In this document: positions 1 to 13,147 of the stretch, piece by piece
Layout: every line of letters begins with the position of its first letter
Numbering within the stretch: position 1 is the stretch's first letter
Assembly: GCA_977016875.1 (NCBI GenBank)
Contig: CDRNST010000144.1
Span: forward strand, 6,262,001-6,326,000
DNA length: 64,000 nucleotides
Direction of reading: 5' to 3'
From: Pavona decussata
Lineage: Eukaryota
Notes under the pieces: generated by a model
Databases searched by the model: none
What the model saw: the letters and a program-made list of their open reading frames with translations, nothing else
Told to the model about the DNA's origin: nothing
Program-made: the position numbers and the translations under genes

Positions 1-45
1 AAGTGCAGGTTGTTTAGCAATACTTTCCCGATCAGTGATGTTTAC

Positions 46-136
46 GTTGTTTTTTGTTTTGTTTTGTTTTTTGTTGTTGTTATTATTGTTGTTGTTGTTT
101 TTGTTGTTGTTTTTGTTTTTTTTGTTTTTTGTTTTG
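46..136. repeat. (GTT)n/(GTTTT)n low-complexity tract
   Basis: Read directly. Confidence 0.9.
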
Positions 137-210
137 TGCGAGTGTTTTACGACCTTACCAAACTTGTTCCCAGAGCCTGGCTTACCCTTATCCTTCGCTG
201 GACGCCTGTG

Positions 211-414
211 CTCACACAGAGTCCTCAGGCTATTTGGCCAGCGGTTGGTCGCCTGGAGAGACTCTGGAGAAATCGGAAAAAAGAAAATTTTTGATTGGTT
301 GTTTTGTTAACGGTTCTGCCTTTCACTTGCATTTTTACCACAGGATTATGCTTTGCAAAAATTCCGGCGACCAACTGCTTGCCAAAGAGCGTGAGGACAT
401 TGGGTACGAGATTG
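211..414. mobile_element. Small MITE-like inverted repeat
   Basis: GTCCTCAGGCTATTTGGCCAGCGGTTGGTCGCC versus GGCGACCAACTGCTTGCCAAAGAGCGTGAGGAC. Confidence 0.7.
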
Positions 415-3400
415 CATATATTTGGAAGGACATATCATCCAGTACAGTTTTGCAAAAAAAAAAATGTTATTAAGATTTTTAGACCTTTTCACATTGAAAT
501 ACATGCAGCCAATACGAAACCGAAGGATTCACTTAGTCATATGAATTGACTTATAAAGCAAAAAGCCGGCTAATTAGGTCGGTAGAATTGCCCCGAAAAC
601 CATTGTGGGTACAGCTAATTTACGCACTCTTATTATCACTCTTAAGGGTGAATGTTGTCACACCACAGGAATTTTTACCGATTACTCAGGGTCAGTAAAA
701 CACGCAATGTCAAACCGTTAAAAACTTCCAACTACATTTGAAGTCCGGAGAGAGATTTCGTCCCCAGAATGCTTATGGCATTGTGCGCGCTCTCAAGCTT
801 CTTTCGTACACGTACAAGCACAAAGAAACAAGACGAATCTATTGCTTTCAAGGATTTTGTTTTCTAGAAAGGAAAATTCTGTAACTGCACAATTAATGTG
901 ACGATTCCTAAGAAAGAATAGTATGTGGCTCTCTTAAAGTAATGAGAGAAGCGGGAATTGGAATGCTATTAATTAGCATTAAGACTGATTAATATTCAAG
1001 TGTCTTGATCAGTATATTCATTGGGTATCAAGATACATACACCTGACCAAATGGGTCATCAGCTTATAAATAATAAATGAGATTGAGAATCGGCACCCAT
1101 GAGTCTGTTTTCTCACCCCTATTAAAATTGTATTTGCGTCCTCGCTTTGTCCGAAGCTTGCAGATATAGATTTGTTTCAATTTTATATATTGCTCTCAGC
1201 GGGTGATCGATCTGAGCAGGTAGTTTGATTACAATGCTAGTCGATATCAAAAATTTAATTAAACCAACAGAGATGGCACCCCACGACTTTCCGCAAAATA
1301 TAGGCATATTTCATTTTATCTTTCTGACATATTAAAACAAGTTGAGTGTAAACCTTCAACACATTTACTTTTCTAAAGATTTTTAATAGAGCAAAGGTTG
1401 ACAACTGGGTTACGTATATATATAAAAAAGAATTAACTTTTAAGTGAGGAGGAGGACAGGAAGAAGAAAAATAAGGCTCCGATGAAACGTGATTAACCTG
1501 GATAAACATGTTGATAACAAACAGCTTGAAAATTAAGGACGAACTCCAGCCACAATGGAATGAGTTAGTAATACGTGAAATAGTTTACTTATGACTGGAT
1601 ACTCTAAAGTATATTTTACGAATCGCAAACCTATGATGATGCAAAATCCAAAATGAAATAGAAGAATAGATAATGACTTGACAGTAAAGGGGCACATGCT
1701 GCAATTAAGAAAATTATGCTTTTACCACACAATCTTACACGACTAATGAAGCAAATAGAGACAATCCTGTAAACATTGAAGAAGAGTAAAATTCTATTCA
1801 CTTACATCAGTTTTTAAACAACACACTCAATCCTATCACGACAATTTTCTGTTCTGACGGAAATCTAAGGTTCTGCTGGGTCTGTATAGTTGTGTATTAC
1901 ACGTGAACTGATTTTGATCTTCATGCGTCATATTATGTTGGAAATAGACAAGAAAATCTTTGCGTTTAATTCAGTGGTTACAGTTTCAACTGACAAGAAT
2001 CTTTTGATTTATCAGGAGCACTCAACGGTTCGTCTCTTTGGACTGGTATCTATTTGGAAGACTTTGGCCGTCTAGAAAAAAGATTGGAAAAATCGTGATG
2101 ATTTGAATTGTAATTTTCGTTGGAAAATATCACCTCAAACTTTCGTGCAAATAAAAAAAATAATTGCTTTCGTTTCAGGAGAGACAAAAATGTAGTTTAA
2201 ATGCGAAATAAGGCCAGCTAGCACAGTTCCTTTCCCTAAAACGTTCTGCGGCTTTTTCAGATAAAGAATCCGAACAGATAAAGCTGTAGTAGTTTACATA
2301 AAATAATCTGGTAACATAGGAACAGCATTTTAAATATTTTGCATAAATCTTCTCGTTGGGTGCTTTTGATTTGACTTGACTTTGACTTTTGACTTGAGTT
2401 TACCCTTTGTTATTTGCCAATCTGTATATTCAGATTCAGTATCCCTAAAGAGCGCACGACCTCAAAAACAATAGCCACAAAGCCAATATTTTAACTGGCA
2501 TTACTAAACGTATCTAGGCAATTCTATAACTGAATTTTGCTTATGTTTACTATTTTACATTACATTTTAACAGATTAAACTAAAGAAAATCAGACGGAAT
2601 TGTTAATACCATCTTCACGTTTCGTCGTAATTTTCTTGGAGATAAAATATAAACAATTTCTTTTGCTCAAATACATGTTAAAAATATTTGGATAAGATTA
2701 AAATTACCGCTAGTTACGAGAATGCGTCACTAACAGCTTAAGTCCTCACTACTGAGTCTCACAACTAACTTACCACCTCAATTTTCGAGGATGTTAGGCG
2801 ATAAACTACGTGTTCTTGAATAACTCCAAACATTGTTTGGTGTTCTGCTAGCTTTTCTGTTAGCGTCTCCCCTGGTGTGTTATGATTTTAATTTGTCTGC
2901 CTCGTCAGCCAAGAAAAGATAAAAGTTGCTGGACTTCCCAGTGGTAAAGAATTGCGACCTGGATTTCTTGAATATTGCTATTACCTGATTACATTTCCAA
3001 ACTCCTACCAACATTTGCAAGGACGACACTGGTGTACAATTAAGAACAGTTGAAAGTGGTTTGATGTGCGAAATAAGGTAATCGCCGAAAGCGAAAAGAT
3101 GTCACGTTTTCAATTAGTTTAGATTAATAAAGCAAGGAGAGTAGTAGGCCCTGAGGAAATGAATATGTTCTATTTTATAACCAATCAATAATTTTCTCGT
3201 AAATTTAATACAGCGGTGAGCCTTTTGTCATTGCTCATCACCATATGTATTGCAGGTGGTCTTAAAAGTTAATATAATAATATCAAATAAAAGAGAGCAT
3301 ATTTACGTGAGGACGGATGGGATTTGAAAGAAAAAGCGTATAGAGGAGTTTAATATTAATATGAAATTCGAGAGGTTGAATGTTCTGAAGAAGCCCTCTC

Positions 3401-4290
3401 TTAGTATTGTCAAGCGACTACTCCTGTCATATTACGAGAAAACGATGTAGTACATTCTAAATTAAATCCTTCATTTTGGATCAGCTGTCTTGGGATTTGT
3501 AGAAAAAAGGATAGAAGAAAGACAAACAATTTTTAATTAAAGCGGGGATGTAAATATAATTGAATCCAAATTTGACAAAGAGGGGAAGTGTTCTTCATTC
3601 CCTTCATTGTCCAGATTATTATATTTACAGAATTATAGAGAAAGGAACCGTCCGGTACGATCAAAGAAACGTCAAACCGTTATATTATTTTGTGGATTTT
3701 TTAACATTGATTGCTATTTTATTATAATTGAATCTCTGCCTGAAAAATATAGAATGATACAACTCGATGACGCGCTTTTGATGAATAAATGTATATAGCC
3801 CGTGCGTTCGACATTATATTGAGTAGTTTTTGTTAGTAGTTGTTTGGTTGTTGGCAGCTGTTGGGGTTGATGTTGTATGATGTATGTAGGCTGTGCTTTT
3901 GCTCGAAACCTAAGAATCCCTTCTGTCAAACAGACCTTCCTAGGAAAGTCTTACACGTCGGTTTGGTTATAACTACATTTGCACACAAAAACTCTTCACA
4001 TATGTAGCCTGCAGTAAACTGGACTGGTGCTAAGATCAATAAACCAGTGGCAACCAAGGCTGAGTCCCACTCTAACATTTGACCAAATAATCCGCGCTCC
4101 ATCCCGACATTTCTCCAAGAGCAGGACTGGTATATTGTTTAAGTCATTTACCCTAAGGCAGCCAAGCTTAGGCCAGGATTTTAATGCTATTCTAAAATAA
4201 GTTGAAACAGGGAACGGCTCCGAACAAGACCATGAATGTTGACTATAATTTCATAACTGACTGTTTACAGTAAGTCGAATTTTAGTCAAA

Positions 4291-4736
4291 TGTAGAGACA
4301 GTAGTCCAGAAAAGTCTGAGCTTCATAAGGAAATATCAGCGCCCAAAGAAACACCAACTTTGCAAACCACTGGCGTTACAGTGTTGAACATATTTTGAGG
4401 AACAAAGAATTTTGAGCCTTATAACATAGAGGGCAAAATTACTGAATGCCTATTGGTCGAAACAGAGAGCATTTTTTCTTAATTTTCCTTTCACCGTGGG
4501 CAAAATTTGCAAAAACTTTGAAAATACGCGTGAAAATTTTAAAATCCTTAAATCTACTCGGCCTCATGCGATTACATATACGAAACAAAATCTCCCCTAC
4601 TGGTACATAAAACACACATTAAAGGTATCAAAATCTGTTTACCACTGTGTAGTGCCAGTGGTTTGTAAAGTTTGTTTTCTTTGGCTGCTGATATTTCCTC
4701 ATGAGGCTCAGACGTTTCTGGACTACTGTCTCTTCA
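4291..4736. repeat. Long inverted repeat (MITE/foldback-like) around an unrelated spacer
   Basis: 4291-4383 is the reverse complement of 4642-4736 (AGAGACAGTAGTCCAGAAA.GTCTGAGC.TCAT.AGGAAATATCAGC...AAACCACTGGC). Confidence 0.8.
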
Positions 4737-5026
4737 TCATTAAAGGTCACGTGCAGTCAGTTGAAAACGATTAAAAATCGATACTATAGCTTCCCTGGAA
4801 TCTATGCAGAATGTAGCTACTGTTTAATCAAAATGACCTTTAATGTTGTTTCGTTTGCCTATAGTCATTAACATCACGAAAATGAGAAAAATAGATGTGA
4901 GGGACAATTTTAGCTAGACATTTGGTTGGAGTATACAGTGTACATAATTAAGCCATGTTCGGAAGAACGTTACTTTGTTACTGTCCAACTGAAATTTGGC
5001 AAAGTCACTTATGCTAATGATACTCT

Positions 5027-5286
5027 GGAACTTAAGCAAAGATGACGGCGACGGCAACGACAACGCCGCAAAACATTCATTTTATGACCAAGCTCAAGGT
5101 TTTGAGGAGAGCGTGAGCACACGACGGTGAATTTTTCATTCTCTTGCACGCCTACCGATCTGGTTCCTGGGTAGTTCGCTGTTTTTGTACAAGTTGGATG
5201 AGTTGAAATAATTGCGAAGTAGCACAAAATAGAGCGAAGTTATATTTTTAAGTGGTTTTTTCGTTGCCGTCGCCGTTTAAGTTCCC
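5027..5286. mobile_element. MITE
   Basis: GGAACTTAAGCAAAGATGACGGCGACGGCAACGA ... TCGTTGCCGTCGCCGTTTAAGTTCCC inverted termini. Confidence 0.75.
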
Positions 5287-8085
5287 TATTCTCTCTGTGG
5301 TGACTGTAATGCGTCAATTTGGTTAAATTTGCAACTCATCCCAGTCCTGTGGTCCACCTCGAAATCGCCTTAGGGTACTTTATCATCAAAGCTAAGGAGC
5401 TAGCGAAAGTAACAAAACAACAGGGATGATGGGCCACCACTTTCGAAATCGTTAGAAAATGCCACATGGTGTAAAAACAGCTTGCGAATTCGTAGAAAAT
5501 CCCGAATGATATTTATTGGACCCAAAATAATAACTAAGGTAATACGCGATTCGCTCTATTAAATTATCCAAATGGATATAGTTCCTGAAAATATGAATGC
5601 ATCAGAAGAGGAAACTGTTTTATTTTAACTGTGTGTCGGGAAGAAAAATGGCAAAATAAAGATTGTCTATTGCCTTAAAAAATATAACAAATTTTACAAG
5701 CAAGCAAGATGAGAAGGGTTAAATGAGTTTTATTATAATGGACGTCAGCCTTGCCTGATGGGTAATGAAGTAGAAGAAGGGCGGATCCATATAAACTGAC
5801 ATACATTGAACGAATGACCTTTGCCAATCTGATAAAGTTTGTAATTAATTGCGGGAACGTTGAATTACCTTGAAAATTGATAAAGTGCGATTTAAGCTTT
5901 GCGTTGCCCACAGTTGACTCTTTTAAACAATTGTGAATGCTTCGTTTAATATTTAAATCGAATATAAAAGCATGTATAAATAGATCTGTATAATAATTTC
6001 ATTTCATATACATTCAACCGTTTTATGTTGAAGTTTCATAAGCGCAATGTAAGGGGAAGGTTTAATTTCCCATGAAATAAACACTTCCATACAAACAGCC
6101 GATAAAATATCAAATAAATATATGTTTTCTCATTTTCTGTAAAGTGTCATATCAGTAGCATAGTCTTCATAAGGCATACGAAAAGTTGTGCAAACGCTGG
6201 TTGGTGGATTCGGAACACACCCCGAAGATGATGTATGACTACGCCAATATTAATATTTCGATAGAATTTGCTTTTCATTTCCTCTTGATTTTCGTCTGAG
6301 GCTTACCTTCATAATCGGAAATGGTTTGGGAAAGTGTTAGGCGAACATTACATTTACGTCATTACCTAAAACTAACTTAAATTCAACAAAATTTTAGAAT
6401 GTGCTTCAAGATTTTCTTTGCTTAAACTTTAGCAAACAAGGTGTAGCTGATTTAATAACAAGAATATCATAAGATGCTGATTCCAAACAAAATTTTAAAA
6501 GATGAGAAGGGTAGGGGAGGGCGGGGTGAACACATTTTGAAAGTCTTAGGCAGCTTATTGTTCTTGAATTTATCTAGTTTGTTTTAGAGTTATACGTTTG
6601 GTTTTCTTCTATCCAAGGACATATTATTGCAAGTGCTATTTCTTGAAAAAAATGTCTGGTAAAGTAGACCAAATTCTTGGTTTCGTGCCCTGAAGTCAGA
6701 TAAATTGGGTTCCCGATTGCAACCTTTCATATGCCCCAGATGTTTTAAAGACCCTTTTTCTTGACTTTCTCATGCTAATTCAAATCATTTATGACTGAGA
6801 TTTGAAGCGTTTCTATCGTATTTTCTAAACATGAGAAAAACGGTGATTAATAGAGAGTCGGGGAGGGGTTTGTTAAAAAGATTATAACTTTATATGGAGG
6901 GCTCATTAGAGATGGGAGCTTAACAGAGCTTTTATGATAAATGACGGAATCAAAGGAAATGATGTCTTAAGAGTTCTCATCTCGCTTCTAGAAAAGAAGG
7001 AGGTGGGTTGGAATGAAATCGGACACTTTTCAACAGCATATCTTACTGAAAACCTCTAACTGGGAAAGTGTTAACTCGATGAATTTAAAAAAAACTTAAG
7101 GGACAAAACAAAACGAAAGAAAGAGCAATCCCTTAGAAGTATTGTTTTATGAAATGAAGTCAATAAATAACGCAGCGTCATTTAAAAATTTAGGTTGTAA
7201 AATTTTAGAAACTGGTGTTCGATCACCACAGGAAAAATCGTCTTTGCACTTTGTTAAGAAAACCTTGGATGAAGAGGAGCTCAGTGACCTGCCCCCAAGA
7301 TAATGTGCACTGGGATACAACAAAAGCATTGATATTTAACAATTATTCTCCGAAGGCGAAGTAAGAGGGAGAAGTTAGCAAACTTCTCAAGAAAAATCAC
7401 CTTGGGTGATCATATCCTCGATTCTCATGCTCTCAGGGTTCAGGGAAACATTAATAGACTAAGCAGATTGAACTTCAAACTGAAATGAAAAAAATTGGGC
7501 CAAATTTTTTCTTTTTTTTTTCTTTTTAGAACAAGACAGCAGTACCAGAAAAGGAAGTAAGTTAATCAAATTTTCAAAATATTTCAATTGATAGGATCGA
7601 AAATGGACTCCAAAGGGCAACTCAACAAAAACGACTTCCACTCTGATCACAATTTCACAAGATTTATAATCTTCAGAATCACAGTAACACAACCGTACCC
7701 CATCAACTCACAATTCCTCTCAATACAAAAAAATCACAGTTGTTGTCTGGGGAGAAGTAATCAAAATATCAATAGAAATCCCCTTGGGTGATCATAGCCT
7801 TAATTCTCACGACCTCTGGGGTCGAATAAGCATTTACATTGTCAGGACTTAAAGGGTGTTAAGGTACACATAAATGAATATTAATATCGGAAACATAAAC
7901 CTTCTTTTGAACTGCGGGTGAAAGGTTCAATGTAGGCTTGAACGGGATGCGGAGGTCATGGGTTCGCCCATATTCAGGCTTTGTGTTGTTGCGTACATAA
8001 CTGCGAGGGTCTTTCTTCTATTTCATGGCATAAATAAGTCTTCCTTTTTCAGAATACTTGCATTACCAATAATTGGGCCACTTAA

Positions 8086-8454
8086 AGGGGAAGTACCATG
8101 GGGTTTTTGATATCTTTTGTTAAAAATGATGAAATAAGACTTTCAATGACCTGCCAAATAATTCTAGAATGACGAGAGGAACGAAATCAACTCAATTCTT
8201 GAAAGAAACAACTTGTGATCTGTTCTGGCGCATTTTGGAAACAAAAATGCGAGAACTTGAAAAACATTAGCCTAATATTTTTCAAGTTTCAATCGGAACA
8301 GGCCTACCATGTCTCTGGCCAGAGGCACTAATCGACAGTTTTATTGTAAAAGGGTGATAATTTTAACAAACTTGACAATTATTTTGCTGTTTCTGCTGAC
8401 AGTCAAACATTTTGGGGTCTTGAAATGACAGCAAATTTTCGTGATACTTCCCCT
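8086..8454. mobile_element. TTAA-flanked MITE (Kolobok-like AG..CT termini), family B
   Basis: TTAA-AGGGGAAGTACCATG ... CGTGATACTTCCCCT-TTAA. Confidence 0.8.
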
Positions 8455-10886
8455 TTAAAGCGTGATTTTGTTGTTGGAGGGAAATAATAGTTAATAACAG
8501 CTGATTTGCGTCATCTGCAGAGAATTGTAATTGACCGATGTAATGTACTCTCTTAACTTATTGTTTTGTCAAGTAAATAGAGACAGATTTGGAAATAAAG
8601 TCAGTCTGGAACTGAACGAGCTGTAGTGATCTCCGTGTGTTACTGAAGAGGGAGGGGAACGGGCGGGGGTAGGGTCAGTGTCGATGTGAAGAGCGGTAAA
8701 TTAACTTTTTGTCTTTAGGGGGTGGGGGATGGTTGATTAGTTGTCGTTTTTCTACGGAGAAGAGGACCTTAAAATTAGTGAAAAGGCCAAATTTGAGTGT
8801 GATCTTTTAAAATAGCAAAAATGTACTTCCATTACGTCAGAAAAATTTGGAAAAATTCTAAATACAAAAAAATTATAAAAAAAACATTATAAGTCAAAAA
8901 AATAATTTCTCGATCCTTTCTTAAAAAGCTAGTAAGCTATGTGCATACTTGGTAGAGAGTTCCACTGACTAACTGGGCAGGTTCCGACCGTCTCCACACT
9001 AACGTCTGCACAAATTCATGGACTTGAGGAACAACATCTTTGCTATTTTAAAGGTCAACACTGCCAAACTTATAATATAGCTGAAACACTGTATTAAAAG
9101 TTTCCTCAAGACGTCTCTTTTGAAGAAGATATTCTTCTAAATTTTTAGAAATTTTTATCTTCTTTACCTTGTTATAATTTCATTACTATTTTTAAATTGT
9201 TGGCGAGGTGAAATTTTTGAACACGCCACAAGAACTAAATTATTGTTACAATTTGACAAATTTTAAGGGCTCTTTTCAGACCCCTAATCCTGTCATTAAG
9301 TAATCTTTACTTATTGAGCTATTGTTCAAACCTTATCTAACCTGCCTTCATAACACCAGTTGTAAATTAGACTCCAAAAAAATACATTTCGAAAAATTCA
9401 ATACTGAATGCTGGTATTGCAAAAGAATCGGCCAGTTAAAGAGAGACTATCATCGATTTTGGGGAACTGGGAGGGGGAGGGGAAGGGGTGGGGGGAAGGT
9501 TGACGTCGATGTAAGAATATTGACGCCAGCGAGTGCGAAAAGCAAAAGTTGTTGTTGATGGACTCTTGTGCGCTTCCTCCTTGTACTGATGTCAACAGAG
9601 ATTCACCATTTTTCTGCGACATGCAAATAGAAAAATAGATAGACATGTCATGTAACCACAATGATTTATTTAATTCCTCAACCATAGCTCCATATTTGTT
9701 ACACCAATAAGTCTGCCATGTACATCAAAAGGGCATGTTTTCTAAGTTCACAATAATTTTTGGTCTTCACTACCAGCAAAACGGTGAAATATGGACAACA
9801 AGTCTGCCTTGCCTCTTGCCTCGTTTCGCACGTCTCAATGTAAATAGTAGTAAGAAAGAAATAAAAAACGCAAACACCAGGTTTTCCATGTTCCCTATGT
9901 TAAAAAGCATCACGCGTGTAACTATTTGTTTTGTTGCCCCCCTATATTTTTTTTTTGGCCAAGTGCCAGCGGTCCTGATGCTGATCCTGCGCACAACGCA
10001 TGATTATGCAACTGAATACCCACTACTGTCGCCAATATCATTACATCCGTTCCACTTCGCACAAGAGCAAACCTTTAACTGTACAAAAATTGCTCCACAA
10101 AAGTTAAATTTAATGAAATCACCGGTTGGATTTTTAATAAGTTTGGGTAGAAAATCTTTTATTTCCACTTGCCGAAAATGACCCTTTTTAATCACACTTT
10201 GGGATTTGCAGGAGACTCAGATATGACCGAATTTGCTCTTTCTTTCTCTACTGGGGGCACACACAGTATGTGCTGTTTGCGGCATTGGTTTTGTGGAAGC
10301 TGAAATTTTGCAAGGTTCGGAGCAAGATCTCAGGACGCTTTGTTCGGTGACATCCTTCTTTCGGTGAATCAACAAGTATCGACTCCACAGTGAATTTAAC
10401 CAGAATTACTGTCGGCTCCCTGTGATGAGAGAACGCGTATTATAACTCTAGACACGAAAGGAGCCAGTTTGATCGCATGTAAGACACTGAGAAGGTATTA
10501 CCTACAACCGTTTGTTAAGAAAGTTCTAACCGATTGCTTGCGGAATAATTTTTGAATTGATATGTCGTCTTCCCTCCTCCCTAACAAATAATTCTTGTGC
10601 CGCTGACTTCGGGTTGGATTACGTTCAGGTCTGCGAAAATCAACATTGAAAGAGGAAATAATTGTCTGTCAGAATTGAAATTACTTTTTAGTTGTTTTCA
10701 ACAACGTCGTGTTGCATAGAAAGAGTGTAATTTTGGTGAGAGTGGCTTAAGCCCTGTAAAATTGAGGCTTAAGTTAACCAGTTTTATTGTCGTACTGAGT
10801 AAGATAAAGATGAGTGTGTGCCAGATCTATCAAGATTTCTTCAAACTTTATACATGTGTTTTATTTATGGATTTAATTAATGACCT

Positions 10887-10888
10887 AT

Positions 10889-10951
<63 letters not shown>
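10887..10951. repeat. (ATTT)n microsatellite
   Basis: Read directly. Confidence 0.95.
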
Positions 10952-11670
10952 CTAATATATACTTAAATGCTCTGTGTTCTCTAGATAATATATTTACATC
11001 TCTTAATAACATTTTATAATCATCGCCTGCCGATAAGTCAGCTAGTTCAAAGCCACCATAAAAACTAAACTAAACAATTATTGCGGAATCAAAACAACTT
11101 GTGGTTGAGTTTCTAAAAAGCACGTGAGTCTGTTTGGCATTGGCGTGCTGGCATACCCTTGGGCACTTACAATTTAGACAAACCATCCGGTTGGATGTTT
11201 AGCTTGTCCTTACGGAAAATGAATAACATACTAAATATCAACTGGACAATAAAATTGAAATTGTTTTACTTGAACCGGTGACCCATTATACCATTCCAAC
11301 CGGAATTTCAGACATTCCTTTACCGCTCAATCGACTCAAAGTTTGGGCACAAATTGAAGAAGCAATCTAATTTTCGACTTCATGGAGAGACCTTCTGACC
11401 GACAAGCAACCGGTTTCCCGACTTTAATTTATATCGCCGAAGTCTGTTAAAATAAGAGACTTTCCTCAATAGATCAGGCTTGAAGAGGTTCCACTACTTT
11501 TTGCCCCTCAATTTTGCACATTAAAAACAAATCGTTTGTTTTTAATGTGCATATTTGATATTTGACTCAAATATCAACTATCGGCATTTTAAGTTTAGAC
11601 ATCGAAGTCTTGATGAGTAATTTCTTAGAAATAGATTTTGTGATAAAAGTGTGCTGTTTAAGTTAAGTAG

Positions 11671-12433
11671 CTATGAAACATAGGAACGAAGAATTTTGCC
11701 CCGGCAGTTCAGAATCTTAAAAAAGCCTTTCCTAAACTCGTCATTCATACCAGCATACAACAGCGGATTCACACAGCTATTAACGTAAACCATGATACTT
11801 CCAAAAGTGAGAAATTTATCCAAATGAATCCAGTCAGCTCCTGAGCCAAACTCGTACCATAACCACACCACCTGATTGGGAAGAAGGCAAATGGCGTAAA
11901 GAAGAACGACTGCCACCAACATCTGTACAATCTTGGTGCTCCTTTGAAGGCGTTTCTCTTCTTGCCGTGCGCTGGAAGCATGATCTTTTTTGGAGTTTTT
12001 GCGGCGTTCCTTTTCTGAATTCAGTGGGATGAGGGCCGAAGGATCGTTTGAAGGAAATTCACTTTCCTCGGCAAACTCGCTGTACTTGTTAGAGGCCTTC
12101 ATTGCGCTCCTGTAGGCGCTGTCGGAGATGCCACTCGCTTGCCGGTTCTTTGCTATACGCGATGCTTGTTCGCGCAGCTTTAGAGCTACCATCGTATACG
12201 CAAAACCAATGATAACCAGCGGCAGGGCATATTGAAACACAAACAAGCCCATGGTGTAGAGTTTAACGGCAATAGGTAAAGGCCAGTCTTCTGCACAGTA
12301 GCCGTCTTGCATCTTAAGTGCTAGTATGTAGGGAAGCACTAGGGTTAGGGACATGAACCATGTTGTGCTGATAATAATTGCTGTTTGCATGGTGGTGAAG
12401 CGTGGCTTCCATGGGTGTATCACTGCCCGGTAC
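11671..12433 (-). CDS. Class A GPCR, coding exon 2 (DRY to TM7, helix 8, stop); joined CDS 1098 nt = 365 aa
   Basis: Acceptor TTTTGTCCTCTTTGCCAAG|G completes CGG (Arg) followed by TAC, giving DRY. Then YRAVIHPW, TM4 Trp, ECL2 CAEDW, TM5 YALP, long ICL3, TM6 YAICLLP, TM7 NSCVNPLLY, EFRKGF, TAG. 335+763 nt keeps the frame. Confidence 0.95.
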
Positions 12434-12569
12434 CTTGGCAAAGAGGACAAAAGTATTAGTTATTTTAATGAAACGATACTCTAAATAAATAAAAAAACAC
12501 GATTTTGTTTACCGAGAGTGACACGGAACAGTTTAACGAATGACAAACCTGTGACCCTTTTATTCTGGG

Positions 12570-12710
12570 ACTAATTGAGTTTGGAGAAGGAGTGAGTAAA
12601 ACCCATATACCCAGCCGAAAAGCTCTCGGAGCAAGGTCGAGAACCAGCAACGGACTCAACCCAACATACAATGCTGTGCCCGGGAATGGAACCCAGCACT
12701 GCGTACATGG
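12570..12710 (-). mobile_element. Degenerate SINE-like remnant in the GPCR intron
   Basis: CTCTCGGAGCAAGGTCGAGAACCAGCAACGGACTCAACCCA plus a reverse B-box-like CGGGAATGGAACCC; recognised from recall as a common anthozoan repeat. Confidence 0.5.
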
Positions 12711-13147
12711 TTGTTCCCTTCCCTTTCCAGGATTTTGAGGAAAAAAGATGGTAAGTCGGACCCAAATTTACCTGAAAACCAGGAAAGCCAGGGATTGGTC
12801 CAAAAGCTGAAACCTGGAAAGCCCTGTTAGTCTTGTTGCCTCCTTTAACTCCTGATTCGCAATTTTCCATGGAAATTTTAGGTTGGTCACAAAAGGGAAC
12901 CCACAATGCCATGTTAGCCTGTAGGAGCCCCCTTCTCCAACACGGCTAAATAGGCAGGTTATCTAGGTTTTCTACTTATCAGTACATTGTACACTTAGTA
13001 TGAATTTACAGCAACAACAAAAAAATAAAACAAAATGAAACAAATAGACAGGAGATAGTAAGGATGTTCTCTTCTTTAAATTTTCAGAGATTGCGTTTGG
13101 ATTCTAGCCTGATTGGCCAACAAGTCTCCAAAATCGTATAAGGTTGA

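Noticed and set aside
10-473. Overlapping hydrophobic or Cys-rich ORFs
   Set aside because: Translations of the (GTT)n tract and a MITE.
1799-2070. Minus-strand donor GAT|GTAAGT at 1806 as first exon of a gene left of the window
   Set aside because: Single motif with no partner exon visible.
9735-10181. 148-aa plus-strand ORF
   Set aside because: No domain, no splice partner and composition typical of AT-rich non-coding DNA.
11950-12180. Ciliary targeting motif Ax(S/A)xQ in ICL3
   Set aside because: Only loose matches (AKNRQ, SSARQ).
11671-12450. ORF-track start MSSLPR for the GPCR
   Set aside because: Those residues are the intron polypyrimidine tract; the exon begins at 12433.
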